Shown here piece by piece: positions 12,610 through 26,077 of a stretch of 64,000 nt of DNA. The position numbers were made by a program, and so were the translations under genes. The stretch is from NCBI RefSeq assembly GCF_006345805.1, contig NC_043020.1:744001-808000 (forward strand), in the 5' to 3' direction. The first letter of the stretch is position 1, and every line of letters begins with the position of its first letter. Below the pieces are notes generated by a model. The model saw nothing but the letters and a program-made list of their open reading frames with translations. It ran no database searches and was not told the origin of the DNA. The DNA comes from Octopus sinensis (Eukaryota).

Positions 12610-12995
12610 CTGAGGTAAGTAGCTTGCTTCCCAACCACATGGTTCTGGGTTCAGTCCCACTGCATGGCACCTTAGGCAAGTATCTTCTACTATAGATAGC
12701 CTCAGGTCAACCAAAGCCTTATGAGTGGATTTGGTAGGTGGAAACTGAAAGAAGCCCATTGTATATATATATATTTATGTATGTGTCTTTGTGTCTGTTT
12801 TTATCTCCCCACCATTGCTTGACAACCAATGTTGGTGTGTTTATGTCCTTGTAACTTAGCAGTTCAGCAAAACAGACTGATAGAATGTTTTCTAGGTTTA
12901 CAAAGAATAAGTCTTTGGGTTGCTTTCTTTCACTAAAACCCTTTAACACAATGCTTCAGCATGGCCACAGTCAAATGACTAAAATGTGTAAAAGA
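12610..12995 (+). mobile_element. tRNA-derived SINE, family A, diverged
   Basis: GGTAAGTAGCTTGC...GGGTTCAGTCCC...CAGCATGGCCACAGTCAAATGACT. Confidence 0.85.
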
Positions 12996-13225
12996 ATAAA
13001 AGAATATGTAGAACTTATTTAATAAAAATTTAGATTTGTTTTCTTATCCGTTCGGCCATCTTCTCCGGTCCCTATTCCTTGAAAGGGACAGAGTCCATAG
13101 GATCCTGTCCAAAGCAACTGTCATGTAGATGGTCCCTAGCATACCCTGTATGGGTTGGCACCTTAGTTCTGTGAGGTAGGAATGAGAATATTTCATCTAG
13201 AAATTCAAGTTGCATAGAAATATTA

Positions 13226-13228
<3 letters not shown>

Positions 13229-13312
<84 letters not shown>
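13229..13312. repeat. (CT)n/(AG)n microsatellite forming the tail of the adjacent RTE fragment
   Basis: About 42 pure dinucleotide units directly abutting the RTE 3' end. Confidence 0.95.
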
Positions 13313-13314
<2 letters not shown>

Positions 13315-13543
13315 TCAGTCGAAGTCGACTCTCAGTCACTCGTTGGATCAGTGTCCTCCAGTCAGTTCTATCCTGGGCCGCTTCCTTCAGACTGGCCATG
13401 TCCATTCCAGTATCACTCCTGATGGTGTCAAGCCAGCGGGTTCTTGGTCGGCCTCTTCCTCTCTTGCCACTGACCATTCCGAGCGTGATGTCCTTCTCCA
13501 GGGATTCTCTCCGCATAATATGACTGAAATATGCCAATCTACG
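13313..13543 (-). mobile_element. 5'-truncated RTE-clade (BovB-like) LINE, C-terminal end of the ORF
   Basis: Open frame RLAYFSHIMRRESLEKDITLGMVSGKRGRGRPRTRWLDTIRSDTGMDMASLKEAAQDRTDWRTLIQRVTESRLRLS. This is the characteristic RTE/BovB C-terminus (YFGH.MRR..SLEK...LG...G.R.RGR.R.RWLD...DR..WR.....V..SR.RL). Confidence 0.9.
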
Positions 13544-14417
13544 CTAATAAAGGTAATTAGGACAGTCAGATAGAAAATACCGTTTCTTTCTTTGTCTCTG
13601 TCTGTCTGTCTGTCTCTCTCCTCAACTTATCGGGAATGTGGGCCAACACAACGAAGATATTTCTTATCTGTTAGTAAATTTCTGTTGGATTATAGGAGAT
13701 TAGCATAATCTCAGCTTCTTGTATGTTATGTGTGAGTGTGTCTGGGTAGGGTAGGGTAGTGTAGGAATAATTTAGTGTTAGAGAAAAAAAAATATCTTCA
13801 AAGGTTCTCTTTGACAATGGAGAATTATTGTAGATACTAAAAGTAAGAAGGAGAAAAAAATAACACTTCTTTTCATCTTCTTACAAATTGGTGGAAATGA
13901 AGGAGAAAAAAAGAAACACACAAAGAATTCTTAATAAATCTATTTGGTTACACATGACTTATTAAAGTGGTGGTGGTACTATAAATTAATTCCTGTTAAT
14001 GGTAACCAAGTTGATCAACATAATAGAATGAATAAATATAGATAATTACTTCCTTTTTTTTTTTATCGTTCCTCTCCATTATTCTGTTACGAACAACGAT
14101 ATTTCATACACGTTCACACCTCAGTGGCTTTCCCTTCGGCATTTCAATCATATTCTTTTATGACTGTGGCCATTCTGGAACACTATTTTCTCGAACGAGG
14201 ACTCTCAGACTTTTTTCTTTCAATATCTTTATTATCGTGTCCAAGAGAAGAATCCTTAATGAAATTGGTAGATGCCATAAAACAGACCAGAATAGATACT
14301 ATTCTATTGAATATTATAAAAAAAAATTTTAAATGCAATGTCTGCAAGAGATGTGGATTTGAATTCCATGAGCAACCTTTGACTTTATCCCAAAAGGATT
14401 TTTCAACAAATACCCAT

Positions 14418-14802
14418 GGGAAGCACTCCATCGGTTACGACGATGAGGGTTCCGGTTGATCCGATCAACGGAACAGCCTGCTCGTGAAATTAACGTGTAA
14501 GTGGCTGAGCACTCCACAGACACGTGTACCCTTAACGCAGTTCTCGGGGATATTCAGCGTGACACAGAGAGTGACAAGGCTGGCCCTTTGAAATACAGGT
14601 ACAACAGAAACAGGAAGTAAGAGTGAGAGAAAGTTGTGGTGCAAGAGTACAGCAGGGATCACCACCATCCCCTGCCGGAGCATCGTGGGGCTTTAGGTGT
14701 TTTCGCTCAATAAACACTCACAACGCCCAGTCTGGGAATCGAAACCGCGATCCTACGACCGCGAGTCCACTGCCCTAACCACTGGGCCATTGCACCTCCA
14801 CT
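14418..14802 (-). mobile_element. tRNA-derived SINE, family C (head C + tail X), with a 13-bp target-site duplication
   Basis: Minus-strand head GTGGAGGTGCAATGGCCCAGTGGTTAGGG (box A) ...GGTTTCGATTCCC (box B); tail ...CAACCGGAACCCTCATCGTCGTAACCGATGGAGTGC. The direct repeat AACAAATACCCAT lies at 14405-14417 and 14803-14815. Confidence 0.92.
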
Positions 14803-15639
14803 AACAAATACCCATACAAGTGCCATTTAATAGCACCTGTGCCAGTGCCACATAAGAAGCACCCATGTTGGTGCCACACATAAAAAGCCCCCAATACACT
14901 GTGTAAAGTGGTTGGTATCATGAAAGGTATCCAGCTGTAGAAACCATGCCAAGACAGACAATTGGAGCCTGGTCCAGGTCTTTGGTGAGCCAGCTCCTGT
15001 CAAACTGTCCAACCCATGCCAGCATGGAAAACAGATGTTAAATGACGACACTAATGAATATTTACATGCTGTTGTTTATAGCTCTATGTGATATGCTTCA
15101 AGATCCAATATTCCACCCTGCAAAAAAAAAAAAAATATTTCTTGTTCTCTCAAAAGTTTATCGAGAGTAGTTGATTACATTGATTGGTATTTTATTTCGT
15201 TAATCAAATCCCAGTAGGATGATGAAAACAAAGTTGACGACCTTGGTGGGATTTGAACTCTGAACATTAAATTACATAATCAAATACTGCAAGATGCCTA
15301 TTAATTCTTCCATCCATTGCTCTGATAATGAAAGTGAAAGTAGCAATGATAGTAGTCATCGTAGCATATTTATTTTTCTTATTATGGGTGCACTGTGCAC
15401 TATTTCGCTAATGTACTCTGAAATGAGTTTGTGTGAGAATATTGATATGCATTAACAGGTCTCCACTTGTGACAAAACAAAATCACTAAAGAGAGAGAGA
15501 CGGAGATGGAGGCGGCAGAGAGGTGGTGGGGGTGATGGGGGTGGCTGGCGCTACAAATGAGTTCGGTCTGAAAGAGGGTGGCGGCTTCTAGAGAGACAGG
15601 AAGAAAGAAAGAATGAATGGATGGAGAAGAAAAAAAAAT

Positions 15640-16156
15640 GTGTATATATACATATATTTATATATATATGTATATATATATGTATATATATATATATATA
15701 TATGTATATGTATATGTATATATGTATATATATATGTATATATATATGTATATGTATATGTATATATGTATATATATATGTATATATATATATATGTATA
15801 TATATTATATATATATATGTATATATATGTATTATATATATATGTATATATATATGTATGTATATATATAATGTATGTATATATATATATGTATATATAT
15901 ATATAATATATATGTATATGTATGTATATATATGTATATTATATATGTATATATATATATGTTATATATGTATATATGTATGTATATTATATGTATATAT
16001 ATATATGTAATATATATGTATATATATGTATGTATATATATGTATATATATATGTATATATATTATATATATATATATATTATATATATGTATATATATA
16101 TGTATGTATATATATATGTATGTAATATATATATGTATGTATATATATATGTATGT

Positions 16157-16197
<41 letters not shown>

Positions 16198-16297
16198 TAT
16201 GTATGTATATATATATGTATGTATATATGTTATGTATATATGTATATGTATGTATATATTATATATATGTATATATGTATGTATGTATATATGTATG

Positions 16298-16345
<48 letters not shown>
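15640..16345. repeat. Long compound (TA)n/(TATG)n microsatellite
   Basis: Direct reading; source of the YI/MY/VC-rich ORFs. Confidence 0.97.
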
Positions 16346-16354
<9 letters not shown>

Positions 16355-16899
16355 ATATGTATATGCGTGAAGGTGAAAAAAAAATGCGTCTGGCTGGTTG
16401 TAGCTAACTTTTTAGTGATGTAAATGATTTGTGTACACTTGAGTTTGGCGGTGGGGGAGGGGGGTGGAAGAAAAATATTTTTTCTTCGGCAATGTTAACG
16501 CAGCCGTATGCATGTGTGTGTGTGTGTGTCATAGCACTTATTTCAAAAAAAAAAAGAAAGAAAAATACAAAAAAAAAAAAAACAAAACAAATGTATTTAT
16601 AATGCCATAAGCAGCAAAGAGTTTTCCGGTTTTTTTTTTTTTTTTATTTTTTTTTTTACCTCAATGGAATTAAGCAGAGAGAAAAAAAGTTATTATGCTC
16701 TAACATACTCTCAGATGAATTTAGACGATATATACAGTTATACATCATCAAGTCACTATACTCCTTAATTTTAACCTCTAAATACAAAACTATTAGTTTT
16801 CATAAATGTACCGACCGTCATTGATTCCAAACTGCATCGTTGCAAAACCTAAAATAGGAAAAAATACCTAAAGCTTACTCTGAGACTAAATGTATATAT

Positions 16900-16901
16900 A
16901 G

Positions 16902-16945
<44 letters not shown>

Positions 16946-17042
16946 CATTATTATTATCATCATCATCATCATCATTATCATCATTATCATCATCATCATT
17001 ATTATCATCATCATCATCATCAACATCGTCATCATCGTCATC

Positions 17043-17078
<36 letters not shown>

Positions 17079-17272
17079 TTATTATTATTATTATTATTAT
17101 TATTATCATCATCATCAGCATCATCATCATCATCATTATCATCAACATCAACATCATCATCAACATCATCATCATCATCAACATCATCATCAACATCAAC
17201 ATCATCATCATCATCAACATCATCAACATCATCTTCATCATCATCATCATCATTATTATTATTATTATTTTA
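16900..17272. repeat. Compound (ATT)/(ATC)/(AAC) trinucleotide array
   Basis: Direct reading. Confidence 0.95.
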
Positions 17273-17274
17273 TT

Positions 17275-17480
17275 GTAGAATCGTTAGCATGCCAGGCAAA
17301 ATGCTTAGCGGCATTTCGTCTGTCTTTACATTCTGAGTTCAAGTTTCACCCGGGTCGACTTTGCCTGCCGTCTTTTTGGGGTCAAAAAATTAAGCACCAG
17401 TCAAGCACTGGGGTTGAATGTAACTGCCTTACCCCTCACCCAAAATTTCAGGCCTTGTGCCTGTAGTACAAAGGATTATT
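17275..17480 (+). mobile_element. tRNA-derived SINE, family B variant (second copy at 17793-17975)
   Basis: GTAGAATCGTTAGCATGCCAGGCAAAATGCTTAGCGGCATTTCG...GAGTTCAAG (box B)...CCCAAAATTTCAGGCCTTGTGCCTGTAGTACAAAGG(ATT)n. Confidence 0.8.
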
Positions 17481-17493
17481 GCTATAGTAATAA

Positions 17494-17710
17494 GAGCACA
17501 TGGCCCGGTGGTTAGGATGTTGCACTCACAATCTCATGACCTTGGTTTCAATTCCCAGATTGTGTGGTGCCTTGTGTTCTGCAATCTCTTCAACACCTGA
17601 TGTGTGATACACTGTGCACCTGTGCAGACAGCATTGATTTGATGGAGAGAGTGCGGCACATACATTTGATCGCTATAAACAAATCATTTGTGCAGTGGTC
17701 TTCGACAGGA
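17494..17710 (+). mobile_element. tRNA-derived SINE of a further family (head TGGCCCGGTGGTTAGG...GGTTTCAATTCCC)
   Basis: Box A-like and box B-like motifs at tRNA spacing, followed by a body not seen elsewhere in the window. Confidence 0.55.
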
Positions 17711-17745
17711 CAGTCCATTATTATTGTTGTTATTATTATTATTAA

Positions 17746-17793
<48 letters not shown>

Positions 17794-17983
17794 GGCAGTA
17801 AGCTGGCAGAATCATTAGTATGTTGGTCAAAATACTTAGTGACATTTCATCTCTCTCTACTTCTGAGTTCAAATTTAGGGTCAATAAAATAAGTACCAAC
17901 TGAACTCTAGGGTTGATGTTATCAACTAACTCCCTCCCACTAAATTTTAGGCCCTGTGACTATAGTAGAAAGTATTATTATTA

Positions 17984-18019
<36 letters not shown>

Positions 18020-19036
18020 TCTAGCCTAGGGAAACCATCTTTCAATCAAACCAAGCAAATTGTATTTCCATTGATTTTGATTTTTCCACTTGTACTATTT
18101 GTTGGTCACACTGCAGACGGATGTGTCACAATGTAAGATCTAAACGTGAAGCACACACACAGTCGGAAGAAAAGATACTACAAAGCATCTCGCCTGACTC
18201 TCTAATAATTCTGCCAACGCACCATGCTGAGCTGGTACTTTATCAATCCCCAAAGGATGAAAGAAGACAAAGTTGACCTCTGCTGGATTTGAACTCAAAA
18301 GCCCTTTAAGAGTCGGAACAAGTAATGCAAAGCACTTATCCGATGCCCCGACAAACCCGACCTCTTCTCTTACCTTGAAAGTAAAGGAGCTGTAATGTAA
18401 TCTACTGAGTTCGTTAACTACACGTTTTTGTCTTTATAAATGGCTTTAAGCCTTAGAAAATACATCCATCATCATACATTGAATTATCATCATCATCATC
18501 GTTAGTAACATCAGGTATTTATAAAGAAAATACTTTATTGAATATGGCATAAACACCTACGCTTTCTATTGCCACAACCTTAATGGCTTAGAAATTGTTG
18601 TTGTTTACGCTGTTATTGTTTAGCTGAGAAATTTTTTAACAAATCGCAATAATAGTGTGTAATCACAGTCCATACCTCAAGTGTTGAACCTTGAGTTTGG
18701 TTTTGATTTTGGGGTTTTTTCTTTTTCGTTTTTTTTTTTCTCTTTTCTTTGTTGTTTTTTTCCACATTAGACTCTTCTTTTCCATTGCTGGTGCACTGAT
18801 CAATATATTGTGAAACTTACTCTCTTCGGTTATAGATTCTCTCGTGTAAACAGTATGGCTGGAGGAAACTTGTTTGAGACTTAACAGCGGAGAGCAACAC
18901 TAATCAAATAAACTCTTTCACTAGCATTTGTCGTCGCCACTTAGAAGCAACAGGCAACGTGTTGACTTAAATATCCTTGGCATACATAGAAGTGCTTGCC
19001 ACACACACACACACACACACTGTCTCTCCGCCTCCG

Positions 19037-19074
<38 letters not shown>

Positions 19075-19216
19075 GATGATCTCTCACATCGGCTAGCTGA
19101 TAATTGAAGCCCACAAAGGATATATTTCTAGTAATTTCTCTTCTTTTGGTTTTAATATGCCAGAACAGTTTTGGAATTGATTGCAATTCCGTCTTGATTC
19201 TCTGCCAATATCTCAA
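19075..19216 (-). pseudogene. Possible CR1/Jockey/L2-type LINE ORF2 linker fragment
   Basis: YWQRIKTELQSIPKLFWHIKTKRREITRNISF resembles the Y...I...L..NPK.FW..IK.KR motif between the endonuclease and RT domains. The match is short and from memory. Confidence 0.35.
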
Positions 19217-19767
19217 GTGCTTGCTCTATTTTTATTGCTTTCTGCTTAATATGGCCATTTAACAAGGTAGCAAAGGAGGTCCAGTTTTACACTCTTCCAC
19301 TACTTTCTGGTTCATGGTTCTAAAAGAAATGTATTTACTTTTCAAATGTTTTTACATCTACCTTGAAAATGATGTAAGGTTTCTTTTTTAGATTTTCTTC
19401 AATTTTATTTTAGTTTCTATTTAGCACTGGTTTTATTTTTTCTTTGCTTTTTTTTTTGTTTTTTTTTTTTGTTTGTACATGTGTTTCTGTCCTTCGTATG
19501 TGTGTGGGTTTTTGGTTTTAACTTCAAACTGTCAGCACCTTATCGATTATTTCCGACTAAATGGAGCATCATTCCAAGACGAACATTAACTGTGTCAGTC
19601 TTTGTAATCTCAGAGAGCCTGCAAAGACCATTGACACGGCATGCAATCCAATAAAAAAAGAAAGGAAAAATATTCCACCATAAGTGCAAGGCATGGTTGT
19701 GTGGTCAAAAAACTTGGTCTACAAGCCTGGGATTTCAGGTTCAATTCTACTGCACATTACTGCACAT

Positions 19768-19918
19768 TTTGGCGTTAGGAAGGGCATCCAGCCGTAGAAA
19801 CACTGCCAGATCAGACTGGGCCTGATGCAGCCCTCTGGCTTCACAGACCCCAGTTGAACCGTCCAACCCATGCTAGCATGGAAAACGGACGCTAAATGAT
19901 GATGATGATGATGATGAT
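19768..19918 (+). mobile_element. RTE-type short element, 3' part
   Basis: TTGGCGTTAGGAAGGGCATCCAGCCGTAGAAACACTGCCAG...CATGGAAAACGGACGCTAAAT(GAT)n. Confidence 0.85.
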
Positions 19919-20594
19919 TACCTTGGGCAAGTGTCTTCTATTAATTGAAACAAAGTCTGAGTATTTCAACAGAAATACAATAGCAAAATATAAACTGCTG
20001 GTGAGCTAAGTCTAAAATAAACTTTAAATTTCCCAGTTGAAACAATTTTACTTCACTCACTTTAATGCAACAATCTTCCATTTGTCCCTCTCTTTTTTTG
20101 CCACTCCGCTAAGTTACGGATATGTAAACACACTGGTATCAGTTGTCAAGTGATGATAGAGGCTCAAACATATATATATACATATAGATATATGACAGGC
20201 TTTTTCAGTATCCATCTACCAAATCTACTCACAAAGCTTTGGGTGGTCCACAGCTACAGTAGAAGACACTTGCCCAAATTTCTACTGAACCCGGAAACCA
20301 TGTGGTTGGCAAGCAAGCTTCTTACCACACAGCCATTCCTGTGCCTGTGCATAATCCATTCGAGATACATTGATCAAATTTCAGCTCATTCATCCAAGTT
20401 TAATTTTCTTCAGAAAGGCTGCTTGACATTCAATTTGTTTTCTTAGAGAACTGTTCATATACAGGTACCTCACAGTTTTTATAGATTAATTTCATTCACG
20501 ATTCCGTTACCATTTTCTTCCAAAACCTATGGCTTTGCTTCAGTTAAAGAAACTATTCTTATCATAAGTTTAAGCTGCTGTTTAAAAAATAATA

Positions 20595-21011
20595 GGCACG
20601 GGAGTGGCTGTGTAGTAAGTAGCTTGCTAACCAACCACATGGTTCCAGTTTCAGTCCCACTGCGTGGTATCTTGGGCAAGTATCTTCTGCTATAACCTCG
20701 GGCCGACCAAAGCCTTGTGAGTGGATTTGGTAGACGGAAACTGAAAGAAGCCTGTCGTATAGATGTATATATGTATGTGTGTGTATATGTTTGTGTGTCT
20801 GTGTTTGTCCCTCTAGCATTGCTTGACAACCGATGCTGGTGTGTTTACGTCCCCGTCACTTAGCGGATCGGCAAAAGAGACCGATAGAATAAGTACTGGG
20901 CTTACAAAGAATAAGTCCCAGGGTCGATTTGCTCGACTAATGGCGGTGCTCCAGCATGGCCGCAGTCAAATGACTGAAACAAGTAAAAGAGTAAAGAGAG
21001 AGTAAAAGAGT
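20595..21011 (+). mobile_element. tRNA-derived SINE, family A, full length
   Basis: Same head, body and tail as 8647-9062, with a (GTAAAAGA)n tail. Confidence 0.93.
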
Positions 21012-22245
21012 AACTACGTTTTGTATATTACTTACATTCATTTGTTTTACAGGCATTATATTTCAGTGTTTTTTTTTTATCTTTTATTGTCATTTTTGTT
21101 TGAACCCTTTTTAATTTATGCCCTCTTTCCATCTCCTTTGTTATGCCCAACACCTCCCAGGTCCTGCACTAAATCACCATGCCAAGACTTTTCTTCCTTC
21201 ATAGAATTTCATCCCACTGGAATCCTACTGCTGCTTATATCTTTCCCCCCACAAGTGTTCAATTGTAATTAGTTACTGCCGGCGCAATTCTACGTGTGAG
21301 CACATTTTATTGCGCCCGCAGGCTGATATACTCATATGTAGAAAATATAATAAATTTTTCAATTATAAAATTTATAAAATATTCATATTCCTGTTTGTAA
21401 CATAGGTTGCATTTCCACTATGGCTTAAAACAGTTAGATTCGAACAGAAATTGTCCTGAAATTGCCGTTTGAATGGAAATTTTGTTTTCACTATAAAACA
21501 CATATCGCTAGGTTTGTACCACCCACTGAGATCCAACTACACTCTAGCTGAAAATTATACACCTCATAAGTAATATAAACATCCTAAATTCAGTGACAGT
21601 GTTAATGAAGATGTTACACATTAATTTGATGTGTTAAACCTATCTTTATTAATATATATCAAATTATACATCGATATATACAAGATTTACACAGATATAA
21701 GAGTTAGAACTTGTGGTCCGCCCACGGACCTTTTCCTTTGGAAATTTTTGCCCACCACACTAAAATGTTTCCCCACCCCTGTTCTACAGGAGGGCACTGC
21801 CCCTTCCTTCAAACCCAGCTAGTAAAAGCAAACAAACAAAATATCTGTGACAAAAGGTAATGGTCTGTAAAAAAGATCAAATATAAATTATTTTACAAAA
21901 TTTTCTTCATTTCTTTTTTTTCAAAAGAGAAATTTTGTTTGTTTTAAAGTAGAACTTTTTTGATAACAATCATGGAGATAATTAAATTTGTTTTATGTTG
22001 TTAGGGTTGTTTAATCTCCGGCCAACCCTAGTTGAGTAGACCTATGATCAAAGCCATTCCAACCATGACCATTTCATTTTTTTATTTAGACAGACTGTCT
22101 CTAGGACTACAATTATCAGTTCCATCCCCTGAGTCTCTTTTGTTTGTTTGCTTTCTAAAAGGCTGTAAGAATGGACAGCTCTTTCTGGAAGGTCAAGTAA
22201 CCACATCAAAGCTCCACTTTTGACTACATCTTTCATCTGTTATAT

Positions 22246-22463
22246 ACTCTTTACTCTTTTACTTGTTTCATTCATTTGACTGCGGCCATGCTGGAGCACC
22301 GCCTTTAATCGAGCAACTCGACCCCGGGACTTATTCTTTGTAAGCCCAGTACTTATTCTATCGGTCTCTTTTGCCGAACTGCTAAGTGACGGGGACATAA
22401 ACACACCAGCGTCGGTTGTCAAGCAATGCTAGGGGGACAAACACAGACACACAAACATACACG

Positions 22464-22494
<31 letters not shown>

Positions 22495-22656
22495 GACAGG
22501 GTTCTTTCAGTTTCCCTCTACCAAATCCACTCACAAGGCTTTGGTCGGGCCGAGGCTATAGAAGAAGACACATGCCCAAGGTGCCACACAGTGGGACTGA
22601 ACCCGGAACCATGTGATTGGTAAACAAGCTGCATACCACACAGACACTCCTGCGCC
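22246..22656 (-). mobile_element. tRNA-derived SINE, family A, full length
   Basis: Reverse complement of the family A consensus; the head ends at CACTCCTGCGCC. Confidence 0.93.
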
Positions 22657-23499
22657 TATGCTATATACTAATGTGTATAATAGATTTTTATCCAGCTGGG
22701 TGGCTGTTCACAGAGATGATGGATATTTTTGCCCTTTTTTCATGTGGGTCAGAGTCAGCAGATCTCATCTGGGCATGTATATCTAACTGTGGGTGCATGC
22801 CTTTGGTGGGGCCCAATAGGGCCGATGTGCATCTGGCTTTCTCACTGGCCACTGCTTGGATGGTTTTTTCATACAACAGGTCTATGGGAGATGTTATCTG
22901 TGGATAAGTACTGCAATAAATTTGTCTTTCAAAATATATTTACATTGAGTATGATACATAGATGACTGTTATGATTAGATTATTTTCTTATTATCTAACC
23001 TGTATGTGTACACAAGTGACAAGAAGGGGTCATTTGATTGGTTAGATATTGTTGGCAAATCTTCCTTAATTTATAACCATTGTAGACATGCAGCCCCTTA
23101 CAAGTGGATTGATTGCAAACAATTTATTTTAATTTTATTAATAAACAATATAAACACAATTGATTTTATATCATTAAGGTTAATCTGAGAGCAAGTTATT
23201 GAGTGCTTAATAGACAAATATGGTGATTATGATACCCCTGCATAGAAAAGAAACTCTGATGTTTTGGGTAATGTTATCATCGATATACAATGTATGAAAA
23301 GAAATATAGGATGATCATGAGTGGAACAAATGCTTTCGATCATAGGCCTGCTTGATCATGGTTGACCTAGGGCTAAACAAACACAGGTTATTTGTACTCA
23401 ATGTTTTTGGTATATCCTCTCCTGTACTTTCTCCCTCTCTCTTCCCTTCTAACCCACTATAATAGCAATGCAATATATGAAATGTATATATGTATATAT

Positions 23500-23625
23500 A
23501 TAATCAAAATAAGCAACAAGGATATCCAAGGTAGTGTAGTACAATCGTTTCATGATACTTTATTTTATTAAACACTATGAGTATTACATCAGTTTTAAAA
23601 TGCCAAGCAATCTTCAGCCACATAT
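23500..23625 (-). mobile_element. Single-arm copy of the 60-kb fold-back family, carrying a candidate hammerhead (23535-23622)
   Basis: The sequence matches one arm of 60068-60280. Minus strand reads TGTGG-CTGAAGA-TTGC...TCAT-GAAAC-GATT-GT-A-CTACA. Confidence 0.7.
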
Positions 23626-23754
23626 AGAATTTTTTAATTAAACGGACAATGCACATTTTTATACTTATTTCATGGTGCAAATTCTGGTGCCTTTAACTTA
23701 AGTACCACATTCATCTGAATCTAAATTTTGCTGAACTGATATATATATTATATA

Positions 23755-23795
<41 letters not shown>

Positions 23796-23810
23796 CACAT
23801 ATATATATAT

Positions 23811-24037
23811 TTCTTTACTGCCCACAAAGGGGCTAAACATAGAGGGTACAAACAAGGACAGACAGAGGTATTAAGTCGATTATATCAACCCCAGTGCAAA
23901 ACTGGTACTTTATTTATCGACCCTGAAAGGATGAAAGGCAAAGTTGACCTTAGCGGAATTTGAACTCAGGACCGTAACGACAGACGAAATACCGCTTAGC
24001 ATTTTACCCAGCGCGCTAACGTTTCTGCCAGCTCGCC
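23811..24037 (-). mobile_element. tRNA-derived SINE, family B, full length
   Basis: Minus strand GGCGAGCTGGCAGAAACGTTAGC...GAGTTCAAATTCC (box B)...CCCTTTGTGGGCAGTAAAGAAA. Confidence 0.92.
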
Positions 24038-24939
24038 TTATATATATATATATAGATATATATATATATATATTATATATATATATATATATGCACACAT
24101 ATACATGTATGTGCTAGTAACGCTGAACTTCAAAGTTACTGTCACTCATCCAGTAAAAATTTAATAAATACTAAAAGGTATTAATTCTTCAGTTTATGCT
24201 AAATTGTTTTTTATATATAACACAACTTCTCTCAAGTTATATATGACAACATATATATATATATATATATATGTTTGTGTGTATTCGTTTCATAAAAATA
24301 AAGAAACAGTGTTGTCTTTTATTACTCACAAACACACACGTGTGTTTTTGTCATATTCTTAACTTTTCCAGTTATCAAGACAGTCTCCTCCACCACCACC
24401 ACCACCACTACCGCCACCATTTCATTTGAATTGCAATTTTATCAGCAGTTAATATTTTTATCTGCCCTTCAAATTTACCTTGTTTAGTCTTGTCTTGTTG
24501 TTATTTAACGTTTTTGGCAAGATGCTAACGAAGATAATTATTTTTAATAAAGAAATTTGAAGCAAACAACTGCAGTTACCATTTTCTCCTCACCTACCAC
24601 TACTACTACTATTACTACTACTTTACTGAAGAAGTAATATATCTACATGATAGATAATAATTTATATATGATACCGTAATTAATCATTTGGCAAAAGATG
24701 GCTCGTTTGTTCATTCTGAATGATTGTGTTTTGAAATTCATTCTATCTCCGATTGCGATCGCTTGAATGTTGAAAACAAAACATGGGAAAAGGCAGAACT
24801 TTAGAAAAAATAAAGAAAGAAACTAAAAAAACATTGAATTATGTTCACATATGTTTGACTTGCGGGAGAATAAGTCTACAAGATTCTTGTTGATTAGAAT
24901 AATTAATTAGTTTCTTGTGTTATTGTAGCTAATATATAT

Positions 24940-25480
24940 CATCATCATCATCATCATCATTGTTTAACGTCCACTTTCCATGCTAGCATGGGTTGGACGA
25001 ATGACTGAGGGCTGGCGAACCAGATGGCTGCACCAGGCTTCAATCTTGATCAGGCAGAGTTTCTACAACTGGATGCCCTTTCTAACACCAACCACTCTGA
25101 GAGTGTAGTGGGTGCTTTTACATGCCACCGGCACGGGGCCAGTCAGGTGGTACTGGCAACCACCTTACTTGAATCTTTTACACATGCTACTGGCACAGGT
25201 GCCAGTAAGGCGACATTGGTAATGATCACGCTCGAATGATGCCCTTTTATGTGCCACTGGCACGGTGGCCAGATAGCCACTCTGGCAACAATCACGCTCG
25301 GATGGTGCTCTTAATACCCTACTAACACGGGGCTCGAGTGCCAGTAAGGCGACGCTGGTAACGATCAGGCTCGAATGGTGCCTTTTTAAGTGCCACTGGC
25401 ACAGAAGCCAGTTAGCCACTCTGTCAATGATCACACTCGTATGGTGCTCTTTGCACCCTGCTAGCACGGACGCCATATAT
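24940..25480 (-). mobile_element. RTE-type short element with ~6 x ~60-bp internal tandem repeats
   Basis: (CAT)n TGTTTAACGTCCACTTTCCATGCTAGCATGGG tail, and repeated GTGCCACTGGCAC / GCCAGTAAGGCGAC / ATCACGCTCG(A/G)ATGGTG units. Confidence 0.8.
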
Positions 25481-25941
25481 ACATATATATAAATGTATAT
25501 CATCATCATTGCTTTACATCTGATTTTCCCTGCTGGTGTGGGTTGAACTGCTTTTCTGAGCCAGTGTTTTGCTGTTGGATGTCATTCTACCACCAGCCCT
25601 TTCAGCCAACCCCTTATGACTCACAAGGATATGATGTACTTATTTTAAAGCAGAAGGCTTTGGTTGGCCCGAGGCTATAGTAGAAGACACTTGCCCAAGG
25701 TGCCATGCAGTGGGACTGAACCCAGAACCATGTGGCTGGTAAGCAAGATACTTACCATACTGCCACTCTTGCGCCTGTTGATAATAATAATAGTTTCATT
25801 TATTTGCACCTAATAAGTACTAAGCTTGATTCGTTTGAATAAAAATTCTTCAGAGCGGTGCCCCAGCATGGCCACAGTCAAATGACTGAAATAAGTAAAA
25901 TAAAAGATATACAATAATCACACACACACACACAGAGGCAT

Positions 25942-26077
25942 GCCATCCACGTCAACGCTACCAGCCATTCCATCACTCATGTATCAGTGTGTGTGCATCG
26001 CTGCACACCATGGGTCCACGTTCTCAAGGAAACCCAGGGAACAACATTTCATACTCAAACTTGGCACCATATCACCT
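25942..26077 (+). pseudogene. Decayed Penelope-like element, C-terminal end of the GIY-YIG endonuclease
   Basis: With one frameshift: AIHVNATSHSITHVSVC/CIAAHHGSTFSRKPREQHFILKLGTISP. This matches the PLE endonuclease terminus VA.HFN...HS.....V.GI..H......RK.REQ..I..LGT..P(GLN) as I recall it. Confidence 0.7.

Noticed and set aside
25117-25480. Regularly spaced palindromic ~60-bp repeats resembling a CRISPR array (also 4011-4200, 49270-49545)
   Set aside because: Whole units repeat without unique spacers, they sit inside a multi-copy eukaryotic retroelement, and there are no cas genes.
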